The position numbers were made by a program, and so were the translations under genes. A DNA stretch of 64,000 bases from Paragordius varius (Eukaryota > Animalia > Nematomorpha): contig OZ176052.1 of assembly GCA_964247055.1 (NCBI GenBank), positions 7,874,001-7,938,000 of the forward strand, read 5' to 3'. How positions within the stretch are numbered: position 1 is the first letter of the stretch; the number at the start of each line of letters is the position of its first letter. Shown one piece after another: positions 1 through 10,031 of this stretch. The notes beneath the pieces were generated by a model. That model saw only the letters and a list, made by a program, of their open reading frames with translations. It was not told where the DNA came from and ran no database searches.

Positions 1-136
1 AAACCCGATCTCATATAAAATCGACAGAATCAATATTGTCTTGAATATTAATATAAATCAAATAAATTTATTTTATGTATTAAAAATATTTTAATATTAA
101 TACTTTAATTATAATATAGGATAATAAAGTGTGATA

Positions 137-994
137 TCATGAATAATATTTTTCGATTGGAGAGTTTGCAAAAGCTTCATATCCCTTCTTCAACGAAGAC
201 CATATATTAACTAACGTTATAATGTTATTAGATTGACTAGTGTTTTCATTAGTTTTCTTATTATGTTGTTCTTTGTAAAATTGATAAAATCCATTAAAAC
301 CACAATACAATTTAAGAGCCGTATCGCTGGTTTGTGATGACCAGGGTACACCATACTTCCAAAATGTTACATAATGTTCACAGTTTTGCGTCAGCATGTG
401 ATAAGAAACATCTTGGTTCAATAAGCTACGTGCGTTTTCTAATGCCCTTTCACTAGAAAAGGGTTTACATCCCCTTAAACGCGCCTCGATCTCTTTGTTA
501 TTAATGCGAATCAATGATTGCCCAGCAACCAAAGCAAATGAATCTCGAGCCAATCTAGCTATTGTTCCCTTTAAAGCTTCTGTGATAGAGGGAGTAGGCC
601 TGTTTAATTCGTTAGTAGGTACGGGGATATCATTGTCAAAATTATTGGTAAGTGAAGGGAATACGATTCTGGACATTGATTGTATAATGCTTCCAAAGGA
701 GGAATCAAATTGTTTATCGGATCTTTTCGTGCGATTACAGTTATCAATGGAGGAAGATTCTTTCGCTTCAAAATCAAAACCATTGTGGGCCCGCACATGA
801 ATAACTGTAGAACCACCTTCGTATATAGCCCAATGGTGATATAAGCCACGATTATATTCAATCAAATCTCCTGGTTTTGCCAAAGGTAAAATAACATCCC
901 AAGTTCTAAAAGGATTTAGATTATCAATTCCTATATCAATTGTCTCATCAAAGCTTTCAAAAACTTCGAATTGGTTTGATTCATCGGTAACCAT
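137..994 (-). CDS. LRAT/PLAAT (HRASLS)-family phospholipase A/acyltransferase, single exon, 285 aa
   Basis: ORF track. GDLIEY..GLYHHWAIYEGG...VIHV His motif and YHMLTQNCEHYV (NCEH catalytic Cys) are diagnostic of permuted NlpC/P60 LRAT-like domains. Confidence 0.9.
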   Translation of the reverse strand: MVTDESNQFEVFESFDETIDIGIDNLNPFRTWDVILPLAKPGDLIEYNRGLYHHWAIYEGGSTVIHVRAHNGFDFEAKESSSIDNCNRTKRSDKQFDSSFGSIIQSMSRIVFPSLTNNFDNDIPVPTNELNRPTPSITEALKGTIARLARDSFALVAGQSLIRINNKEIEARLRGCKPFSSERALENARSLLNQDVSYHMLTQNCEHYVTFWKYGVPWSSQTSDTALKLYCGFNGFYQFYKEQHNKKTNENTSQSNNIITLVNIWSSLKKGYEAFANSPIEKYYS

Positions 995-1023
995 TTAGCA
1001 TAATAAATAAAAGCAGTTGTTTA

Positions 1024-1617
1024 TAACACTGCATCCAAAATCGAAGGATATACAACACATTCATTTTAGTCCTTCGATTCAAATTGGGGAGTTAAATACC
1101 CCAGGCCTGTTTGAAACTGAATTCTTTTAAATTTGAAATAAATCGAAACCATGGCAACATTTTGCACTAATATAATATTAAAAACCGAAATATATAAAAA
1201 AATTTATTCAAAAATACTTGATATTACTTATTTTAAGCTAAAACCGAAAGGTAAAAATTCTGTCAACGTGACATGTGTGCAATGATAAAATTAAAAAATA
1301 ATACAAAATAAACCGCTTTTTCTGTTTATATCAATGTTAGATGTAATTTAAATAAAAAATAAGCTTTAATTTTACCCTTAAAATCAATGAAAGACGATAT
1401 TTTGCAAAAATTTTGTAAAAAAAATGGCGGCAAAGTAGTTTGACATGGAACTTTTTTCAAAACAAAATTTCATGTAGATATTTTGGTATATTTTAATTTT
1501 TATTAGGATAGAAGCAAAAATTTAAATTGAGACCGTTTCCTTCTGTAGTATTTTAAAAATACTAAATCAAATTTAGCCTGGGGTATTTAGATACCACAAA
1601 TTGGATCGAAGTGTTAA
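1024..1617 (-). mobile_element. TTAA-flanked non-autonomous DNA transposon (piggyBac-like MITE), family A copy 1
   Basis: Reverse-orientation copy of 2110-2695 and 35250-35841. Ends ...GAAGTG-TTAA at 1617. Left end slightly rearranged. Confidence 0.8.
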
Positions 1618-2109
1618 TCAGAAAAAAATGCCTATATTTTATATTTTTTTTATTGAAAGCTAAAATAAGCGAAAAAGTGCAAATAAAAGTTTTAAATATA
1701 TGTTAAAGTTTGATATCAAATAAAAATATTTTCTTAAAATGCATACCTTAATCAACAATCTAATTTTTAAAAAGATTTTGTTGAAGCGTAATACATTTAA
1801 GCATGATGGAAACGATATAAAAACGTTTTCACATAAAAAAAATTTTTGATACACTGAACATATCCACTGCTTCTAAATTTTAAATTCAATGTTCCTTTGC
1901 TTTAAAATTGCTGAACATTTGTAAAAAATACATATTTTATTTAACATAATCTAGAAGACAAACGACTCTTAACAGTAGTGATAGAAATGTTTAGCATCAT
2001 GTTTTTATAATGTCTTAAACGTTTTTGTACCGTTTCCATATTGCCCCAAAATAGTTAGATAAGCTTCAACAATATTCTGCTAATTAAATATTTAAAAATT
2101 TATGCTTTT

Positions 2110-2695
2110 TTGACACTTCGATTCAAATTGGGGTATCTAAATACCCAAGACAAAATTTGAGCTAGGATTTTTATGAAACTACTGAAGGAAACGGTCCCAA
2201 TTTAAATTTATGCTTCTATCCTAATAAGAATTATATAAATATGCCAAAATATCTAAATAAAATTTTGTAATGAAAAAAAAGTTCCATGTCAAACTACTTC
2301 GCCGCCATTTTTATTTTAGAATATTGCAAAATATCGTCTTCATTTATTTTTAAGGGAAAAATTAAAGCTAATTTTTTATTTATATTACATCTAGCATTGA
2401 TAGAAATAGAAAACGCGATTTGTTTTGCATTATTTTTCAATTTTACCATTACACACATGTCACGTTGAGTAAATTTTTACCTTTCGGTTTTAGGTTAAAA
2501 TAAGTAATATCAAGTATTTTTGAATAAAATTTTTTATATATTTCGGTTTATTAATGTTATATAAGTACAAGATTTTGCCATGGTTTCGATTCCTTCCATA
2601 TTTTTAAAGAATTTAATTTTTAACAGGCCTGGGCTATTTAACTACCCCAATTTGAATAGAAGGACTAAAATGAATGTGTTGTATCCAAGTGTTAA
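2110..2695 (+). mobile_element. Family A MITE copy 2
   Basis: TTGA-CACTTCGATTCAA ... GTATCCAAGTG-TTAA. Imperfect TIRs plus ~40-bp subterminal inverted repeats (TTCGATTCAAATTGGGGTA...). Confidence 0.85.
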
Positions 2696-3689
2696 AAATA
2701 TTTTTAGCTGATATCAAAATATAGCATATATTGAATTTTTATCGCACCACGGCATTTTACTCTTTATTTTAAGAGAACTCGACCAGTTAAAATGAGCAAA
2801 AAAATTGAAATTTTTGAGCCTACATCTAAATTCATTTTTTTTGAAAATATTGTTTTGCTTTTTATATGTGGTTAATAAGATTTTTAGTGATATATTTCAA
2901 GATAAAGCATTTTTGTACGTAAAAATGTTGTTTAAAAATGTGCACAAACAATGAATTGTATAACTCGTAAGAACCAAAACCAAAAACACCGTGATAATCC
3001 TAATACAAAAATGTTCTGCTCAAACATTTTTGGGCTATGTCTTCGTAATAATTGCCTTTATTTTTTAAAATCAAATTATTATATGCAAGTGCAAATAAAA
3101 AAATGCCCTTGGTTAAAATATTAAAATGGCTCTATAAAATTTAATTCTCATTTTATTGATAATAGATTATTGAGTTTAATATGGTTTTGCAACCGATTAT
3201 TTTAAATAATTTTGATAAACCATATTACTTAACTATTCTAAAATACTGCTAGAACCCACAACATCAGTGTGAGTAAGCATTGCTAGTATTTGATTAAACA
3301 TTGCCAGATAGCATATTTAGCAAAGGACAATATTATTGGCTAATAGTATTTTTGTCACTTTCACTTTTTACTATAATCACCAAATAATGATGCTTTTTTC
3401 TGAATATGCTCTCTAACAATATTTGATGAAGAACTAGCTATATCTGTTAATTCATACTGTAATGTTCGCAAAAATGGGGATTAAAAAATAAAGGCTAATG
3501 AATCATATATCATTCGATAGCTTAAAGTTTCAGGAAAATGAATATTAAACGATATATGCAATTATAATATTAAAGTTATTTTATTTTTCTCCTATTAGCC
3601 AAAAATAAAAAATCGCATTTTTGATCGCACATTATTTCAAATAAATTTAAATCCAATAGAGAATAGACGAAAACGTGTAAACAAAATTT

Positions 3690-4662
3690 AAATTTTAGAA
3701 TAATATGATGTAATATCAGCAAAATTAATAATAAATATTATGAATTTTTGTTAGAGTCCTCTAACTTCTTTGGATCAACACAAAAATAAAATTTAACTAA
3801 ATACAAATTAAAATTATGAAATCTATATATTTATAAAAATGGAAAGTGGTGGTTTGTGATCTGTTTCCGGAAAACCGGTAGGCCCATTCAAATCCAAACA
3901 TCTAAAAATATAAGCATTAATAAATGCCCCGACAATAGCTTCGCCATTTTTTGAAATAGGCCCCCGTTTGGGCCCACCCCGTGTGAAAAACGGTTTTTTT
4001 GAAAACACAAATCCACAAAAAGCGTGTCTTTGAGACGATTTTCTGGAAAACGTGTTGGGCCATTCAATTTCAAATATAATTTTTGTTTACTTATTTTCGA
4101 TTGCGCCGAACATAGTCGGCTCGCTTTTTTAATCGCCCTCTTTTTAACCGCTCCCCCCGTAAATTTTTTTTTCAAAAATAAAACCACAAAAATAATTTTT
4201 TTAAATCTATTTTTCGCCCGAGGTATTTCAAATATGATTTTTATTACTTATTTTTGATTGCGCCGAACATAGTCGGCTCGCTTTTTAATGTAGGCCCTCT
4301 TTTTAACCTCTCCCCCCGTAAAATGCTTTTTCAAAAAACAAAGTCCACAAAAATAATTTTTTGATTCTATTTTTCGCCCAAGGTATGCGATCGTAAAAAT
4401 TCAATAAGGATTCCACGTATTCCCTGTTAAAAGGCATTTAGGTCAAGCGTTTTTTTGATGTAAGCTGCTGGGTAAGGAGCTACCCGCTAAAAACTGATAC
4501 GCCATGTGGCTTTGTGATCTGTTTCCGGAAAACCGGTAGACCCATTCAAATCCAAATATCGAAAAAATATAATCATTAATAAATGTCCCGGCAATAGCTT
4601 CGCCCTTTTTTTGAATGAAGCCCCCGATTCGGGCCCACCTCGTGTAAAAAACGGTTTTTTTG
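3690..4662 (+). mobile_element. Helitron-like repeat family B, truncated copy (inverted relative to 5049-7210)
   Basis: Shares TTTGTGATCTGTTTCCGGAAAACCGG, GGGCCCACCCCGTGTGAAAAACGG and other modules with 5049-7210 (reverse) and 8030-9400. Confidence 0.7.
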
Positions 4663-4663
4663 A

Positions 4664-5048
4664 TATTTTATAAAAATAAAGATGTATATCTATTTATAAA
4701 AAATTCCGTTATTGGGTTGATATGATTGATTTCTTTTTGTCGGTTTATTATTATCTTTATTATTTATATAGTAGCTTTCTCTAAATAATCTTTTGGTGTC
4801 GTTTTTTCTATTTCTAATATCTCAACGTTACCCCAATCAATTTTGTCTCTGTACTTATGTGCATGATAAGCTAATGCCGACATATTTACTTTGTTTCTTC
4901 TTTCTGCGGCTTTATGTTCTTTCGAGTGTTTATACCTCTTTTAGTCTGTCCAATATAAACATCATCGCAATCACTACACTTATCAATCATATCAACCCAA
5001 TAACGGAATTTTTTATAAATAGATATACATCTTTATTTTTATAAAATA
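4664..5048. repeat. Perfect 67-bp inverted repeat (4664-4730 / 4982-5048) around a 251-bp spacer
   Basis: The two arms are exact reverse complements when checked base by base. Confidence 0.9.
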
Positions 5049-7210
5049 CTAGCGTAAATCTCGTGCTGCTACGCAGCCCGAGGAAGTCCTTCGAACTTCT
5101 GGGGGGAGGGGGAAAAATAGATTTAAAAAATTATTTTTGTGGACTTTGTTTTTTGAAAAAAATGGCATTTTACGGGGGGAGCGGGTAAAAAGAGGGCCTA
5201 AATCAAAAAAGCAAGACGAATATGTTCGTCGCAATCGAAAATAAGTAAACAAAAATCATATTTGAAATTGAATGGACCAACACGTTCTCCAGAAAATTGT
5301 CTCGAAGACACGATTTTTGTGGACTTCTGTTTTCAAAAAAACCCGTTTTTCACACACGGTGGGCCCGAACTGGGGGCCTAATTCCAAAAAAGGGTGAAGC
5401 TATTGTCGGGGCATTCATTAATGCTTATATTTTTTCGAAGTTTGGATTTGAATGTGTCTACCGGTTTTCCGGAAACAGATCACAAAGTTACATGAGGAAT
5501 CAGTTTTTAGCGGGTAGTTCCTTCCCAGCAGCTATCATCAAAGAAACGCCTGACTAAAGTTTTTGCCTTTTAACAGGGAATACGTAGAATCCATATTGAA
5601 TTTTTACGGTCTCATACCTTGGTCGAAAAATAGATTTAAAAAATATTTTTGTAGACTTTGTTTTTTGAAAAAGGTGGCATTTTACGGGGGGAGCGGGTAA
5701 AAAGAAGGCCTAAATCAAAAAAGTGACTCGACTATGTTTGGCGCAATCGAAAATAACTAAATAAAAATCATATTTGAAATTGAATGGTCCAACACGTTCT
5801 CCGGAAAATTGTCTCAAAGACACGATTTTTGTGGACTTCTGTTTTAAAAAAAACCCTTTTTTCACACGGGGTGGGCCCGAACTGGGGGCCTATTTCAAAA
5901 AAAGGGCGAAGCTATTGTCGGGGCCTTCATTAATGATTATATTTTTTCAATGTTTGGATTTGAATGGGTCTACCGGTTTTCCTGTACCAGATCACAAAGC
6001 CAGCATTTTCCATTTTTATAAATATATAGATTACCATAAATAATGTATTAATATCCATATATCTTTTAACATCCTATACATATGATAGATACTCCTTACT
6101 CAGCAGCTATCATCAAAGCAACGCTTGACTAAAATTTTTGCCTTTTCACAGGGAATACGAAAAATCTTTCTCGAATTTTTACAGTCTCATACCGTGGGCA
6201 AAAAAATACAATGAAAAAATTATTTTTGTGGACTTTGTTTTTTTTGAAAAAAATGGCATTTTACGGGGGTAGCGGGTAAAAAGAGGGCCTAAATCAAAAA
6301 ATTGAGTCGACTATGTTCAGTGCGATCAAAAATAAGTAAACAAAAATCATATTTGAAACTGAATGGTCCAACACGTTCGCCAAAAACTTTACTTAACCCA
6401 TTTTTCACACGGGGTGGGCCCGAACTGGGGACCTAATTCCAAAAAAGGGCGAAGCTATTGTCGGGGCATTCATTAATGATTATATTTTTTCGATATTTGG
6501 ATTTGAATGGGTTCACCGGTTTTCCGGAAACAGATCACAAAATTACATGAGGAATCAGTTTCTAGCGGGTAGCTCCTTACCCAGCAGCTATCATTAAAGA
6601 AACGCCTGACTAAAGATTTTGCCTTTTAACAGGGAATACGTGGAATCCATATTGAATTTTTACGGTCTCATACCTTGGTCGAAAAATAGATTTAAAAAAA
6701 TATTTTTGTGGACTTTGTTTTTTGAAAAAGCATTTTACGGGGGGAGAGGTTAAAAAGAGGGCCTACATTAAAAAAGTGACTCGACTATGTTTGGCGCAAT
6801 CGAAAATAACTAAATAAAAATCATATTTGAAATTGAATGGTCCAACACGTTCTCCGGAAAATTGTCTCAAAGACACGATTTTGTGGACTTCTGTTTTAAA
6901 AAAAAACCGTTTTTCACACGGAGTGGGCCCGAACTGGGGGCCTATTTCAAAAAAAGGGCGAAGCTATTGTCGGGGCATTCATTAATGATTATATTTTTTT
7001 AATGTTTGGAGAATGGGTCTACCGGTTTTCCTGTACCAGATCACAAAGCCAGCATTTTCCATTTTTATAAATATATAGATTTCATATTTTTAATTTGTAT
7101 CTTTATTTTAATTTTATTTTTGTGTGGATCCGAAGAAGTTAGAGGACTTTAACGAAAATTCATTAATAAATTTATTATTAATTTTGCTGATATTACTCAT
7201 ATTATTCTAA
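5049..7210 (-). mobile_element. Helitron-like element carrying four tandem ~475-580 bp internal units
   Basis: Canonical 3' terminus on the minus strand: GC-rich hairpin (5065-5077, GCTGC-GTA-GCAGC) 12 nt upstream of CTAG (5052-5049), followed by T. The motif GGGCCCGAACTGGGG recurs at ~5361, 5873, 6418 and 6926. Confidence 0.7.
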
Positions 7211-7229
7211 AACATTCATTCAGCCTAAT

Positions 7230-7960
7230 CCATAATGCAAAAAATTTAAGTTGCTTGAATATCGCATAAAAATAAATGCAAAACATTATCAATATTTACA
7301 ATTTTCGGATGATTCTATAACCTACAAGCATACAAGCTAAAAATTGCACTTTGGCGTAAATATGAATGATAAAAATTGTAAATATGCGATAAAAGATTTA
7401 ATATTGTATTACAATAATCATATATTAACTCTATATATAGAATTTTTCAAAATATCGCCTTCAATTAAGCCTTATATAAAAAAATGTTTCGAAAATTTCC
7501 ACCAAATGCGGAATTATTATGCTCTAAAGCCGGTATTAAAAGCCAACATGGGGCCAAAATAATCAAAATTTTAGGATAAAAAAATTACCTATCAAAAATT
7601 TGAGAGGATACATCTTTTTTATACATCGAATTGTATGAGAAAACCATTTATTATACATACTTATATATATTTTGGATGTTCTGTAAAAATATACGCAGCT
7701 ACCGCTTTGTTGCAAATTGTTGAAACATTTTTTTATATAAGGCTTAATTTTTTAAGACGATATATTGGGTAAACTGTATATATTGAGTTACTATATGATT
7801 GTTGTAAAAATTAAAATTTTCACCGCTTATTAATAATTTTTTGTAATATAAATTTGACGGCAAAGTGCGATTTTAGTTTATATTCTTGTAGGTCTTTCTA
7901 TGATCCTCCGAAAAAATGTAACTTTATTGATAATATTTTGCGTTTAGAAATGTATGCAAT
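7230..7960. mobile_element. Degenerate fold-back/MITE-like element with long imperfect terminal inverted repeats
   Basis: AAATGCAAAACATTATCAATA (~7275) versus TATTGATAATATTTTGCGTTT (~7925). AAAATTGCACTTTGGCG versus CGGCAAAGTGCGATTTT. Confidence 0.55.
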
Positions 7961-8029
7961 ATTATAATAAATAAAATTTTTTTGACGGGTTTTCCATCCA
8001 AATTTTATTTGACATAATCTATATCTTTT

Positions 8030-9714
8030 TCATAAAAATGGAATGTGGTGGCTTTGTGATCTATTTCCGAAAAACCGGTGGACCCATTCAAATCCAAATA
8101 TCATGCCCCGACAATCTTCGCCCTTTTTTTGAATTAGGTCCCCAGTTCGGGCCCACCCCGTGTAAAAAATGGGTTTTTTGAAAACACGGGTCCACAAAAA
8201 GCGTGTCTTTGAGACAATTTTCCCGAAAACATGTTGGACCATTCGATTTCAAATATGATTTTTTTACTTATTTTCGATTGCGCCGAACATAGTTGGCTCG
8301 CTTTTTTAATTTAGGCCCTCTTTTTAACCGCTCCCCCTGTAAAATGCCAATTTTTTCAGAAAAAACCGTCCACAGAAATATTTTTTTTAATCTATTTTTC
8401 GCCAAAGGTATGAGACCGTAAAAATTGAGGATTCATGGTATTACCTTTTGAAAGGCAAAAATTTTAGTCGTACGTTTTTTTATATTGGCTGCTGGGTAAG
8501 GAGATACCCGCTAAAAACTGACCCCTCATATCGAATAGCGTGCCTTTGGGGCTAAATTCCAGAAAACTATCAAGCCATATAAGTTCATAGCTGCTTAAAA
8601 TATTACCCGTAACAAGGCAAAAATTTATATCGTGCCGTTTTTTAAAATAGCCCTCAATTAGGCCCTTCACGCCCTGATAAATACCTCACCATAGAATGAT
8701 TTTTTAGTTTTAAGGCAATTTTTCCGAAAACTAATGAGAGCATATGGAATTAATCATGATTAGGTATTCTTTGTAAAAAGGCAAAAATTTTAATCAAGCG
8801 CTTTTTTTGTATCAGCCTCTGGGTAGGGAGCTACCCGCCTAAAACTGCACCACCATATCAAAATTGCGTTGTTTAGGAGTTAATTTTCAGAAAACTTATC
8901 AGGCCATATAAGTTTAATGAGGGCCTGTATTATTACCCGTAAAAAGGCAAAAATTTAAGTCGAGCGGATTTCTTAAATTAGCGGTTAAATAAGCTCTGGG
9001 TAGGGGCTACCCGCGTAAAATGCGTCATTTTATAGAAATTGCGTTGTTTTGGAACTAATTTACAGAAAATTTATGAAGTCATATGAGTTCATTAAAAGTT
9101 TGAAATATTACCCGTAACTAAATAAAAATTAAGGTCGGGCTTTGTTTAATCAGTCGTTAATTTGGGGCCTTTATGCCCTAAAATACGCCATCAGATAACG
9201 ATTATTTAGTGTTGAGGTATTTTTTCGAAAATCCCATGAGACGATGTAATGATTCCAAATATTTGCCCTATAAAGGCAAAGAATTTAACTCAGCGCTTTT
9301 CCATGTCTATGGGAACTGGTCTACCGGTTTAAAACTGAAACGCCATACAAAAATGGCGTGGTTTTGGAGATGATTTAAAAATTTAAGAAGACATACGAGT
9401 TCAGTTAAACACATTTCTGACGAAATTGTATATCATTCTATCCTTTAAAAAGGGGCCAAAAATGAGTTACTTTTTATATCCCTTGATCCCAGATGTGAAC
9501 ACAATTTCAAATCTTAAAATAAATCCAATGATAGTTGAATATTAACTTTCATAAGGGACAGTTTAAATATGGTCAATTTCGAGTTAACAGAATTAATGAC
9601 ATTTTTTAATTTATGTATTTTATTATTTTATCTCCATTACCTCTATTTATTGCAAATTATTTAGAATAATTATCGGTGAGACTACTCACATCGAAGCGTT
9701 ACAGGGCCAGCTAG
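8030..9714 (+). mobile_element. Helitron-like element: family B unit plus degenerate subrepeats, ending in a second 3' terminus
   Basis: Family B modules at 8040-8530. CTGGGTAGGGAGCTACCCGC-like subrepeats at ~8490, 8820 and 8995. Hairpin GTGAG-ACTA-CTCAC (9676-9689), then ...GGGCCAG-CTAG|T at 9711-9715. Confidence 0.6.
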
Positions 9715-10031
9715 TATGCTATAAAAATGCGATTTTATTTTGACTAATAACAGAAAAATTAAAATAATTTTATTTCTTGTATAACCGCATATATTATCTC
9801 GAGTAGCTTCATTATCCTGAAGCTTTTAGCTATCAAATTTCCCACCATGTAACATTAAAAATAGTGTGTAACTTACTTAAATTAAACCATCGCTACATAT
9901 CGGGTTTATATTAAGTGTGAATCTTAAGAATTTAAATATAATAAATTTATTTATATATATTATAGGTATATAGGAGATCACAGGATATAGTATTGGCTAT
10001 AAAAATACCCAAAATCATAAAAACACAAAAA

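Noticed and set aside
495-861. ORFs overlapping the LRAT-like gene, and antisense ORFs over KLF, ALG8, PGPEP1 and RPS3A
   Set aside because: They are shadow frames of real coding sequence with no recognisable motifs.
3823-8670. Short ORFs (60-99 aa) in the family B repeats
   Set aside because: They are recurrent translations of the non-coding repeat unit, with different breaks in each copy and no domain motifs.
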